In this document: in pieces, positions 33,154 to 42,342 of the stretch
Layout of the letters: each line of letters begins with the position of its first letter
Position numbering within the stretch: position 1 is the first letter of the stretch
Source of the DNA: Candidatus Aenigmatarchaeota archaeon
GTDB lineage: Archaea; Aenigmatarchaeota; Aenigmatarchaeia; CG10238-14; SpSt-28
Reading direction: 5' to 3'
DNA length: 64,000 nt
NCBI GenBank assembly: GCA_038997165.1
Contig: JAWBAK010000001.1
Location: forward strand, 338,337-402,336
Position numbers and translations under genes: made by a program
The notes under the pieces: model-generated
What the model was told of the DNA's origin: nothing
Seen by the model: only the letters and a program-made list of their open reading frames with translations
The model's database searches: none

Positions 33154-34734
33154 GAGGCTAATATTTATTTCAGCTATAATTGTTGGCATAAAAATTTCAA
33201 AGTCTGTTAAAATTTCTGGATGTATTTCTCCTAAAAATCCAACAATTTTATTATTTGAAATTATATATGCTTGCCTTCCTTCAATAAAAAATTCTAAATT
33301 ACTTTCTTTTAATTCAAAATTAATTTTCAAATTTCTAAATAATTCTTCTAGAACTGAAATCATTTCTGATAAATTTGCTTTATCGTAACATAATGCTATT
33401 GCTAAACTTCTATATTCTTCTAAATCCCTAACTATATAACCAATTTCAAAAATATTTTGTGGATATTCTTTTGATGTATTTTTTGATAAGAATAATAATA
33501 AACTTGGAAATAAATAATTTCTTAAAACGCTATATTCTTCGCTTACAGGATTTAATAATTTTGTTGGTTTATCTTTTATTTTAGCTTTTTCCAAAGTTTT
33601 TTGATTTATTAATGTTGGATTGATAACTTCTAGAAATTTCATTCCAATAAGAATTTCTCTTATTTTATTTTCAAACTCTTCTCTTTCATGAATTTTTCCG
33701 ATAGTTATGGTTCTGGGTTCTTTTAATTCAAAATTATTATAACCATAAGCAATTGCAATATCTTCAATTACATCTCTTTTATGTAATATATCAACTCTAT
33801 AATAAGGAATTATAACATCAATATCTTCTTCATTTAAAGTTATTACTTCATATCCCATTTTTTCTAATAGTCTTTTTATTTCTTCTACTTTCAGTTCTAA
33901 TCCTAAGATTTTGTTAACTTCACTTCTTTTTATTCTAATTATTTCATTATCTATTTCTGGGAATTCTTTTTCGTTAAGATAAACTTTTTGTGGTATTCCA
34001 AAAAAAGAAAAGAAATAAATTAAAATTTTAGTTACAATATCAACACTTCTTTTATCAGTTCCAGTAATATCAACGAAAATATTTTTAGTATTAACTGTTA
34101 ATTTTGTTTTTTCAGAATTTAAAATAGGGGGAAAAGAAATAATAGATTCTTCATCATAAATTGCTGGATATGGCTCATAAATTAAATTTCTATATTCTTT
34201 TCCCTTATCTGTTATTTCCAAAATTTCTTTTAATGTCATTTCATTTTCATAGGTTAGCGGAATCATTTTTTCATTTGGCAAAGCCTCTCTATAGAAAATT
34301 TTTCCCTTTATTTTATCTAGATCATGAATTCCTATTGCAACTAATTTTCTATTTCTTCCGACATATTTATGTAAAATTTCTTGAAATTCAATAATTTTTC
34401 TGAGAAGAGATTCATTCATAGATACATTTTTAACTACAAAACATGAAAAAAACTCTCTACATCTAACTTTATTACTATAATAAACTTTTACATTAGAATT
34501 TTCCATTTCAATTTTTTTAATACTTCCGCCAAAAACAAAATCTTTAATACCTTTTAAAAATCCTTCTTCAAAAAATAAATCTATTCTATCAGAAGTTATT
34601 GTAATTTTAATTTTATTATCGCTAATTTCTTCTACTTCTGGCTTAAAATTTTCTATAATTTCTATTATTTTTTCGTTATTATCAATTTCCAATTCTTTTT
34701 TTATTTTTTGTAGATCAAATTCAAGTGTTGGCAT
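33145..34734 (-). CDS. pheT: Phenylalanine-tRNA ligase beta subunit
   Basis: AIGIHDLD, RVDILHKRDVIEDIAIAYGY. Confidence 0.95.
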   Translation of the reverse strand: MPTLEFDLQKIKKELEIDNNEKIIEIIENFKPEVEEISDNKIKITITSDRIDLFFEEGFLKGIKDFVFGGSIKKIEMENSNVKVYYSNKVRCREFFSCFVVKNVSMNESLLRKIIEFQEILHKYVGRNRKLVAIGIHDLDKIKGKIFYREALPNEKMIPLTYENEMTLKEILEITDKGKEYRNLIYEPYPAIYDEESIISFPPILNSEKTKLTVNTKNIFVDITGTDKRSVDIVTKILIYFFSFFGIPQKVYLNEKEFPEIDNEIIRIKRSEVNKILGLELKVEEIKRLLEKMGYEVITLNEEDIDVIIPYYRVDILHKRDVIEDIAIAYGYNNFELKEPRTITIGKIHEREEFENKIREILIGMKFLEVINPTLINQKTLEKAKIKDKPTKLLNPVSEEYSVLRNYLFPSLLLFLSKNTSKEYPQNIFEIGYIVRDLEEYRSLAIALCYDKANLSEMISVLEELFRNLKINFELKESNLEFFIEGRQAYIISNNKIVGFLGEIHPEILTDFEIFMPTIIAEINISLLI

Positions 34735-34735
34735 A

Positions 34736-36190
34736 TTACATATTTCTTAAAATATCAATATTTTGAGACATTATGTCTCTTATATCATTTATTCCTGTTT
34801 TTAGCATAACTAGTCTACCTATTCCAATTCCCCAAGCTAATACTGGCAAATCAATATTAAATGGTTTTGTAACTTCTTCTCTAAATATTCCTGCACCACC
34901 AACTTCGATATATTTATTTCCAATTTTTACGAAAACTTCAACACTAGGTTCTGTAAAAGGAAAATAAGCAGGTTTAAACTTAACTTCTTCGCTTCCAAAA
35001 ATTTTAACTAATTCTTTTAAAATATAGAGTAGATTACTGAAGTTTAAATCTTTATCAACTATAATCCCTTCTAATTGATCGAATTCAACAAAATGTTTTG
35101 CATCAATAGTATCTGGTCTAAATACTCTATCAATTGCAAACATTTTTAATGGAATTTTTACTTCTTTTTTACTTATTTTATATAAAACTCTAGCACTTAT
35201 TGCTGTATTATGACTTCTTAATATGTATTTCTTAGCTAATTTTTCATCGAAATATTCCCAACTCTTAGAAAATTTCCCAAGATGAGATTCTTTAACATTT
35301 TCAAAAATTTCTTTATCTATTTCAGCTTCTTTGTCTGTATCAATATAATAAATGTCATGAATATCTCTAGCTACATGTCTACTTGGCATAAATAGTGCGT
35401 CGCAATTCCAAAAGTTACATTCTATAATTTTTCCTTTAAATTCTTGAAATCCTAATGAAATTAAAAATTTTCTTACTTCATTCAAAATTCTATTATAGAA
35501 ATGAATTTTTCCAGGATAAATTCTACCAGCGCTAACTAGTTCATATTTTTTAAATTTTTTGTTTTTCCATAATCCTTTCTTTAGAATTTCTGAAGTCAAA
35601 ACAGTAATTTCTTCTTCAACTTCAAATTCTTGATTTTTTGCGAACTCTGTTAATTTTATAAATCTTTTTTTAATAATCTTTTCTTCAACAATTTTCCTTT
35701 TTATAAATTCTGCTAAAATTTCTTTTTCCCCTTCTTTAATGTCTTCTTCATTCTTTTCAAATTTTAATTCTTCTAGAAATATTTCTTTTGGCATTTTTTT
35801 GTTTAAATATTCTATGGCATTTTCACTTAGTTGTATTTCCCCTCTTATAATAGAAATTAATTTATCATTTTTTAGCCAAATAATTCCTATTTCAGCGTTT
35901 TTATATTTTGTACTAAGTTCGCCTGCATTAGTAATACCTTTTGAAATTAATTCTAAAACTTTTCTTTCTGGTAGCCCCTCTTCTAAATATTTTTTTCCTT
36001 CTTGAGATAGAGAAAAAACCTTTTTTTCTTCAATTTCTATTTCAATTAAGTTTTTTAATTTTAAATTTTGTAATAATCTTTCAACTAAATCTTTATTTAA
36101 TTTACATTTCTCTACTAAATCTTCAAAACTAATTTTTTCATTTTCTTTTAATACATTAATTATTTCATATTCTTCTTTTGAAATCCTCAT
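34736..36190 (-). CDS. pheS: Phenylalanine-tRNA ligase alpha subunit
   Basis: EFDQLEG, YFPFTEPS, GGAGIFR. Confidence 0.95.
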   Translation of the reverse strand: MRISKEEYEIINVLKENEKISFEDLVEKCKLNKDLVERLLQNLKLKNLIEIEIEEKKVFSLSQEGKKYLEEGLPERKVLELISKGITNAGELSTKYKNAEIGIIWLKNDKLISIIRGEIQLSENAIEYLNKKMPKEIFLEELKFEKNEEDIKEGEKEILAEFIKRKIVEEKIIKKRFIKLTEFAKNQEFEVEEEITVLTSEILKKGLWKNKKFKKYELVSAGRIYPGKIHFYNRILNEVRKFLISLGFQEFKGKIIECNFWNCDALFMPSRHVARDIHDIYYIDTDKEAEIDKEIFENVKESHLGKFSKSWEYFDEKLAKKYILRSHNTAISARVLYKISKKEVKIPLKMFAIDRVFRPDTIDAKHFVEFDQLEGIIVDKDLNFSNLLYILKELVKIFGSEEVKFKPAYFPFTEPSVEVFVKIGNKYIEVGGAGIFREEVTKPFNIDLPVLAWGIGIGRLVMLKTGINDIRDIMSQNIDILRNM

Positions 36191-36229
36191 AAAAATTCTA
36201 AATTATAGACATAATTTTATTAATTTATT

Positions 36230-36303
36230 GGGGCCGTAGTCTAGCCTGGTAGCGACGCCGGCTTGGGGTGCCGGTAGCCCGAGTTCAAATCTCGGCGGCC
36301 CCA
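36230..36303 (+). tRNA. tRNA-Pro (GGG)
   Basis: CCGGC-TT-GGG-GT-GCCGG anticodon arm; full cloverleaf. Confidence 0.95.
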
Positions 36304-36352
36304 AGTATTATACTAAATGATTTTTCAAAAAGTCTTAGATTAATATTATTAT

Positions 36353-36501
36353 GCCGGGGTCGCCTAGTGGACATGGCGGCGGACTTGAGTGATAGATTGG
36401 CGTGAAACTGATAAGAGATATAAAAAATGATGTGGGTGTCGAAATAAGAAAGAAATCCGCTGGGCTCTAAGCCCGCGTGGGTTCGAATCCCACCCCCGGC
36501 G
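36353..36501 (+). tRNA. tRNA-Ser (TGA) with 65-nt intron at 37/38 (36390-36454)
   Basis: GCGGA-CT-TGA-G|intron|A-TCCGC; long variable arm; G73. Confidence 0.92.
36389..36454 (+). ncRNA. Intron-encoded box C/D-like sRNA
   Basis: GTGATAG-12nt-CTGA-15nt-ATGATGT-12nt-AAGA. Confidence 0.6.
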
Positions 36502-36531
36502 AAATTCTTTGAATTTTTTAAAATTATTTTT

Positions 36532-36602
36532 TGGGCCCGCTGGGAGTTGAACCCAGCTCTCTGCCGCGTGAAGGCAGCGTCCTACCGCTAGACTACGGGC
36601 CC
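36532..36602 (-). tRNA. tRNA-Val (CAC)
   Basis: CTGCC-TT-CAC-GC-GGCAG; cloverleaf. Confidence 0.95.
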
Positions 36603-36607
36603 AAAAA

Positions 36608-37021
36608 TTATTTTCTTATTTTTCTCCAATGAATGCTTGTATGAAGAAGTATTCTATCTTCAAAAAAATCAAAAATAAGATGAATTAAAAATGCTAAAAA
36701 AAGAAGAGATAAAAATAAATTTAGGAACATAATTATTGGCACTAATATTAAAAGAATTGTAATAAAATAAATATTATGAAATATTAAAAATCCTCTTCTT
36801 TCTCTATCACTTTTTATATTAAAAATTAAAAATTCTTTAAGTGACGTAAATTTAATATATTTTAAATAAATAAAATGATCTATATCAGGTAAAAAAGCTC
36901 CTATAAAAATAGCAACAATTCTTTCTATTAAAGATAATTCTTGAATGTATAGAAAAGAGAGAATAAAAAGTATTGTTGGAATTATAAAATGTAGTACTGT
37001 ATGCAATTTCCAACTTTCCAT
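36608..37021 (-). CDS. Membrane-bound metal-dependent hydrolase (YdjM-like)
   Basis: LPDIDH, FHN, HLIFD. Confidence 0.7.
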   Translation of the reverse strand: MESWKLHTVLHFIIPTILFILSFLYIQELSLIERIVAIFIGAFLPDIDHFIYLKYIKFTSLKEFLIFNIKSDRERRGFLIFHNIYFITILLILVPIIMFLNLFLSLLFLAFLIHLIFDFFEDRILLHTSIHWRKIRK

Positions 37022-37024
37022 AAG

Positions 37025-37585
37025 TTAAAAAAAGAAAAATAAAAATAATAAAGAAATTATTAAAAAAATAATAGAAGATATGATAAAAAAAGATAGATAT
37101 AGCGGCGAATAAAAAAATAAGATAGAACCAAAAGAGTTTTTATAAGGAAATAAAAAAGAAAGAATTAATATAGAAGGTAAAAATGTAAGTAAAAAGCTCT
37201 TAATTACTATTCCAAAAATTGCAAATATAAAAAGTGTTAATATAAAAATAAAGGATACCTTTCCAATTTCTTTTGAAGTAATTTTGTTTTCAAAAATTTT
37301 TCTTGCTTTTGAATAATAATATATTTCTTCTAAAGATAATATTGGAAAAAAAGGAATTTTAAAAATTATAAATACTATAGAAATTAACATACCAAAAATA
37401 TTTAGTTTAAAGATTGGTTTTATATAGATTTTTTCCGAATATAAAAAAGATGTTATAAAAGGAAAAAACAGAACTAAAAATGATGTTATTAATGAAATAA
37501 AATAATTGAAAGAAAAAATATAGGCTATTGAAATTCCACAAAATAAAGATGCAATAATTATTGTTAAAAAATTTTGAATAAACAT
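37025..37585 (-). CDS. Hypothetical membrane protein
   Basis: Multi-TM ORF in a co-oriented run. Confidence 0.5.
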   Translation of the reverse strand: MFIQNFLTIIIASLFCGISIAYIFSFNYFISLITSFLVLFFPFITSFLYSEKIYIKPIFKLNIFGMLISIVFIIFKIPFFPILSLEEIYYYSKARKIFENKITSKEIGKVSFIFILTLFIFAIFGIVIKSFLLTFLPSILILSFLFPYKNSFGSILFFYSPLYLSFFIISSIIFLIISLLFLFFFF

Positions 37586-38373
37586 TAAGAAAAGAAATAT
37601 TTTAGTGCATCCTCTATATTATAAACTTCTATAACTTTTATTCCAATTTCCTTTGAAATATCTATTTCTTTTGTTTCAAAAGTTATTCTACAAAATTCAA
37701 AATTTCCGATTCTAGTACAATCTCTTTTTGGAATAAGTTCAAATTCTATTGATTGACCTTTTGGAACTAAACATATTTTTGCACCATAATTTTTTGCTGC
37801 TAAGCACTTTTCTTTTATAGCTCCAACTCTTCCTATATTTCCATTTTCATCTATAGTACCTGTAATTACAACATCTTTTTTAAATTCTTTTTGAGTTAGT
37901 GCAGCTATAGTTGCAATAGTAATTGCTGAACCAGCAGATGGGCCACCAATTATTGAAGCATTAGCTTCTATAGTATAAATAATATCTAAATTCGATGTGT
38001 TAATTTTTGTAATTTTTTCAGCCAAATTTTTTGCTATTCTTATTGAGTTTTGTGTATCGATCCAAAACAATAAATTTTCAATATTTACTAAAATTTTTCC
38101 ACTACCATTTTTAACCTCAACAATTAATTTTGTTATAACTCCATTTCCATTTTCATCAACAGCTAATAATGGGAACTCTACTTTTGAATAATTAGAAAAA
38201 TATTGAGAAACAAAATCAATTTTAGATGGTAAATTATTTGTGCTTTCAAGTTTAATTTTTTTGAAAATAATTTGAAGGTTATAATATATTGAAAAAACGC
38301 TTAAAATTATTACTAAGAATGAGAGTAACAAAATAATATTATTGTTATTTTTATTCTTCTTTTTTCCTCTCAT
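37585..38373 (-). CDS. Membrane-anchored S16 (Lon proteolytic domain) serine protease
   Basis: GPSAG, ITGTI...VGAIKEK. Confidence 0.85.
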   Translation of the reverse strand: MRGKKKNKNNNNIILLLSFLVIILSVFSIYYNLQIIFKKIKLESTNNLPSKIDFVSQYFSNYSKVEFPLLAVDENGNGVITKLIVEVKNGSGKILVNIENLLFWIDTQNSIRIAKNLAEKITKINTSNLDIIYTIEANASIIGGPSAGSAITIATIAALTQKEFKKDVVITGTIDENGNIGRVGAIKEKCLAAKNYGAKICLVPKGQSIEFELIPKRDCTRIGNFEFCRITFETKEIDISKEIGIKVIEVYNIEDALKYFFS

Positions 38374-38406
38374 ATAAGATAATTAGCGGAAGAATTTAAA
38401 ATAATT

Positions 38407-38689
38407 GGTGGGGGCACGCTTAGGGTCGATAGATTAACCCACTACGATTTACCCAACCCTCGGCTAATAAGCATATCCGTGAACGCAGATATTATAGCTT
38501 ATGGCTGCTTCCTTTCGGACCTCACCAGGTTCGCTATAATATCTGCCCCACGGATATGCTTATTTCATAGCCTAAGGTTGGATCGTAGTGAGTTAATCTA
38601 CCTTCCCTAAGCTACGGCGGCCGTTATGGACCGTTTGCCCTGGCATTTTGCCAGAGGGGAGGCCCAGCCCCCCGCCGGAGGCCCCCACC
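38407..38689 (-). ncRNA. ffs: Signal recognition particle RNA
   Basis: Helix-8 motif AGGUCC-GAAA-GGAAGCAGC; 9-bp terminal helix; Alu-like 5' domain; long helix 5. Confidence 0.9.
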
Positions 38690-38720
38690 TAATTATTTTA
38701 TAGTTTTATTAAATAATAAA

Positions 38721-38735
38721 CGAAAGCTTTAAATA
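38721..38735 (+). promoter_or_regulatory. Putative BRE-TATA promoter
   Basis: CGAAAGC-TTTAAATA about 30 nt upstream of ATG 38766. Confidence 0.5.
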
Positions 38736-38765
38736 ATTTATTTATAGAAATAAATAGTAAGTAAT

Positions 38766-38894
38766 ATGAACTACTTACTTTTTGAAGAAGAGGAGGAAGA
38801 GGAAGAAGAAGAAGACTTTGAAGAAGAAGAAGAGTGGGAAGAAGAAGAGCTGGAAGAAGACTTTGAAGAAGAAGAAGAGTGGGAAGAAGAGTAA
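38766..38894 (+). CDS. 42-aa poly-glutamate microprotein
   Basis: MNYLLF-E10-DF-E5-W-E4-LEEDF-E5-WEEE*; mixed GAA/GAG codons; missing from the ORF track. Confidence 0.65.
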   Translation: MNYLLFEEEEEEEEEEDFEEEEEWEEEELEEDFEEEEEWEEE

Positions 38895-38898
38895 TAGA

Positions 38899-39726
38899 CT
38901 AAAAAACTTTAAAATCTATCCTTACTTTATATATTTTTGGTGCATAAGGCAAAACTTTTATTTTTTCAAGGATTTCATAATTAAAGTTAAATAGTTTAGT
39001 AGCTTCTTCAATATCATTTAACGCTTTTTCAAATAAATTATCTTCTTTACCCCAATTATAGTAATGAATAATTGTATTTTCTTTAGCAAATTCTAATGCT
39101 TTAATTAAAAAATTTTCTGTAGAAATTGGTAATGTAACTAAAATTCTGTCAAATTTTTCTTTTAAATTTAAATATCTTACATCGCAAATTATATTAAATA
39201 ATTTATTTTCCACCTTATTTATTTTTTTATTTTCTTCTGCATATTTTATTGCGTATTTATTAATTTCTATACAATAAACTTTTACATTTTTTATTTTTTT
39301 AAAAATTGCAAATGCAAACGGAGCAATACCACTAAATAAATATAGTATCTTTTCGTTTTCTTTAACTTTTGATGCTATTCTTTGTCTTTCAGTTGATTCT
39401 CTCGGAGAAAAATAAACTTTTGTTGGATCTAATTTTAGAAAATAACCATATTCTTTATGAATTACTTCAGTATTTTTATCTCCGATTATTTCAAATTCAT
39501 ATAATCTTAGATTACCTTTTCTTGGCGTTTTTTTAAATAATACAGATTTAACATTCTTATTCAATTCCATTATAGCTTTTGCTATTTCGTTTTTATATCT
39601 ATCATATATTTCATTCCAATCTATAATAGCAACAGCTTTTTCTTTATTACCAATTATATCAAAACTTCTAGGTATTTTATCTAAAATTTCTTTAGGAATT
39701 TTATCCTTTAATTTCTCTTTTAACAT
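38899..39726 (-). CDS. Trm5/Taw2-family tRNA methyltransferase
   Basis: SFDIIG, HKEYG, VYFSPR...ERQRI. Confidence 0.85.
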   Translation of the reverse strand: MLKEKLKDKIPKEILDKIPRSFDIIGNKEKAVAIIDWNEIYDRYKNEIAKAIMELNKNVKSVLFKKTPRKGNLRLYEFEIIGDKNTEVIHKEYGYFLKLDPTKVYFSPRESTERQRIASKVKENEKILYLFSGIAPFAFAIFKKIKNVKVYCIEINKYAIKYAEENKKINKVENKLFNIICDVRYLNLKEKFDRILVTLPISTENFLIKALEFAKENTIIHYYNWGKEDNLFEKALNDIEEATKLFNFNYEILEKIKVLPYAPKIYKVRIDFKVF

Positions 39727-39730
39727 AATT

Positions 39731-40384
39731 ATGAATATGATAGTTGCACTAAATTTCAAAGCTTTTAAAGAATTGATTGGATATAATTCTATAAGAGTTA
39801 TTAGAAAAATTGATAAAAAATTTAAAAATATAAGTATAATTGCTATAATAAATCCAGCCGATATATCTTTAGTTTCTAGATTTAAAAGAAAAAATTTAAA
39901 AATTTATGTATCTTTAAATAGATATTGCGAAACTTATGGTTCCTTTACAGGTTGTATTCCTTTGGATTATATAAAAGAAATAGGTATTGATGGCGTTCTG
40001 TTAAATCATTATGAAAATAGAATAGACTTAAAAACTATTAAACAATTTATCGAGTACTGTAAAAAAGTTAATTTAGAAACAATGGTTTGTGCAAAAAACT
40101 TAAAAGAAGCTAAAAAAATAGATAAATTAAATCCAAATAGTATAGCATATGAAGTACCAGAATTAATAGGTAGTGGAAAAGCAATTTCAAAATATAAAGC
40201 AGAAAGTTTAAAAAAATTTGTTAAAATTGTTAAAAATATTCCTATATGTGGTGCTGGAATTTCTGAAGCTATTGATGTAAAAATTGCTAAAGAATTAGGA
40301 GTTAAAGGTGTATTAATTGCTAGTGCTTTTGCTAAAGCTAAAAATAAATTAGAATTTCTTAACCAAATAGACAAAATTTTATGA
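39731..40384 (+). CDS. tpiA: Triosephosphate isomerase (archaeal type)
   Basis: LNFK, LLNHYENR, EVPELIGSG, CGAGIS. Confidence 0.9.
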   Translation: MNMIVALNFKAFKELIGYNSIRVIRKIDKKFKNISIIAIINPADISLVSRFKRKNLKIYVSLNRYCETYGSFTGCIPLDYIKEIGIDGVLLNHYENRIDLKTIKQFIEYCKKVNLETMVCAKNLKEAKKIDKLNPNSIAYEVPELIGSGKAISKYKAESLKKFVKIVKNIPICGAGISEAIDVKIAKELGVKGVLIASAFAKAKNKLEFLNQIDKIL

Positions 40385-41310
40385 GAGCACTAGTTGTTGG
40401 AAGTTCTTTAATAGATATAGTTTGTAGATTTGAAGATAAAATCATAACGAAGAAAAATAATTTAATATTAAACTTGGGATCAAAATATAATTTAGATTTA
40501 ATAGAATTTTCTGTAGGAGGTTCTGCTTTAAATATTGCTTGTGATCTAGCTAATTTGAATAACGAAGTTAGTTTAATCTCTAGAATTGGAAAAGATATCT
40601 ATGGAAACTATATATTAGAAACTTTGAAAAAATATAAGGTAAATCCTCTAATTAAAATCGATAAAGAATCTACTGGTTTTTCAGTAATTTTGTTGAAAAA
40701 TGGAGAAAAAATTGTTCTATCTAGCAAAGGAGCTTCTGAAAATTTAGAAGAAAATGATATAAATGAGGAAACGATAAAGAAAAATGATATAATAATCGCA
40801 ACTAGTTGTGGAAAAAATTCTAAAAAAATTTATAAAAAAATTTTTAAATTATCAAAAAAATATAATAAATTTTTTGTTTTTAATCCAAGCATTTCAATAA
40901 TAAGGAAAGAAAGAAATTTATTAGAGATATTTAGTGATGGCGAAATAATTATTTTAAATGAAGAAGAAGCTAAAGAACTGACTAAAAAAAGAAATATTAA
41001 TAAAGCTGCTAAAAAATTACTAAAACATTTTAGAAGAGTAATAATTACATTAGGAAAAAGAGGTTCGATTTATTTTGATTATAATAATAAAATTTATCAA
41101 AAAGCATATAAAGTAAGAGTTGTTAGCACAATAGGGGCAGGTGATAGTTTTACTGCAGGTTTTGTTCATTATTATTTTAAAACAAGAAATATAATTGATT
41201 CTTTAAAATTTGCAGCTGCATATGCAGCAATTAACGTTTCTAATTTTGGAAGTATAGTTGAGGCAAAAGAATTTGAAGTTTTAGATTTTATTAAAAAATT
41301 CAAAATTTAA
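40381..41310 (+). CDS. PfkB family carbohydrate kinase
   Basis: GGSALN, LNEEEA, TIGAGDSF. Confidence 0.9.
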   Translation: MRALVVGSSLIDIVCRFEDKIITKKNNLILNLGSKYNLDLIEFSVGGSALNIACDLANLNNEVSLISRIGKDIYGNYILETLKKYKVNPLIKIDKESTGFSVILLKNGEKIVLSSKGASENLEENDINEETIKKNDIIIATSCGKNSKKIYKKIFKLSKKYNKFFVFNPSISIIRKERNLLEIFSDGEIIILNEEEAKELTKKRNINKAAKKLLKHFRRVIITLGKRGSIYFDYNNKIYQKAYKVRVVSTIGAGDSFTAGFVHYYFKTRNIIDSLKFAAAYAAINVSNFGSIVEAKEFEVLDFIKKFKI

Positions 41311-41313
41311 ATC

Positions 41314-41574
41314 TTAGATGGTAAAAAACTTTTTAAATTCTTCTTGTATTTCAATTTTTTTAAAATGGAGACACGCATCAATATATGCCCAAGAAATCGT
41401 TATTGCTTCGAAAGAGTTTAAATAATCTTCCTTTTCAAAAAAATATTTTGCATCATAAAAATAACTTTTTGCTAACTCTATTAATTCATTATCTTCTAAT
41501 ATTTTTAAATTCTTCATAACTTCTTCAATAATTTTTATTTGCTTTTCTGCTAATTCTTTTAGTTTTTCCTTCAT
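41314..41574 (-). CDS. DUF357 family protein
   Basis: AKSYFYDAKYF...WAYIDA. Confidence 0.8.
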   Translation of the reverse strand: MKEKLKELAEKQIKIIEEVMKNLKILEDNELIELAKSYFYDAKYFFEKEDYLNSFEAITISWAYIDACLHFKKIEIQEEFKKFFTI

Positions 41575-42342
41575 TTAAATGTTTAAATTTAAAAGCTTTA
41601 TTATATTTTCATCTATTGTTTTTTCCACAGTTTCTAAACTAATATTCTTTAATTTTGAGATATATTCTAAACAAATTTTTACATTCGTAGGTTCATTTAT
41701 TTCTTTTCCAATTCCACACCAAGGAGAATCAGTTTCTGTAACTAAAAACTCTAGAGGAATTTCTTTAGCTACATTCTGTATTGCAGGATTTTTATATATT
41801 TGATTGTTTATACTTATAAAGTAATTTTCCTTTATGGTTTCTTTTGCAATTTTGATTTTTCCATCAAAAAAATGAAAAACAGCACTTTTAACATCTTCAT
41901 TAACAATAATTTTGAAAACATCCTCAATTGCTAATCTTGCATGCAATATTATAGGTTTTTTAATATCTTTAGAAATTTCAATAAATCTTTTAAAAACTTC
42001 TATAGATTTTTTAATTTTTTCACTTTCTTTTATCCAATAATAATCTAATCCAATTTCTCCAATTGCAACTATTTTATCTCTATTTTGATAAATAAATTCT
42101 AGATATTCATCTATCTCCCTTTCTGTATAGTTAATTGCTTCAATAGGGTGCAAACCTAAAGAACTAAATACAAAATTCTTATATTTTTCTGATAGTTGAA
42201 TAGAATGTTTTGCATCTTCAAAATTAGTTGCAGAATCTATAATAGCTTTTAAGTGTTTTTTATATTCTTCAATTTTATTAACTAATGGGTTATAATTTTT
42301 ATTAAATGTTTTAGTACTTAAATGACAATGTATATCTATCAT
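41575..42342 (-). CDS. tatD: TatD family hydrolase
   Basis: DIHCH, GLHP, GEIGLD, ETDSP. Confidence 0.92.
   Translation of the reverse strand: MIDIHCHLSTKTFNKNYNPLVNKIEEYKKHLKAIIDSATNFEDAKHSIQLSEKYKNFVFSSLGLHPIEAINYTEREIDEYLEFIYQNRDKIVAIGEIGLDYYWIKESEKIKKSIEVFKRFIEISKDIKKPIILHARLAIEDVFKIIVNEDVKSAVFHFFDGKIKIAKETIKENYFISINNQIYKNPAIQNVAKEIPLEFLVTETDSPWCGIGKEINEPTNVKICLEYISKLKNISLETVEKTIDENIIKLLNLNI

Noticed and set aside
38782..38994. Lys/Arg-rich 70-aa ORF
   Set aside because: Off-frame shadow of the poly-Glu ORF; TTG start; overlaps the trm5-like gene
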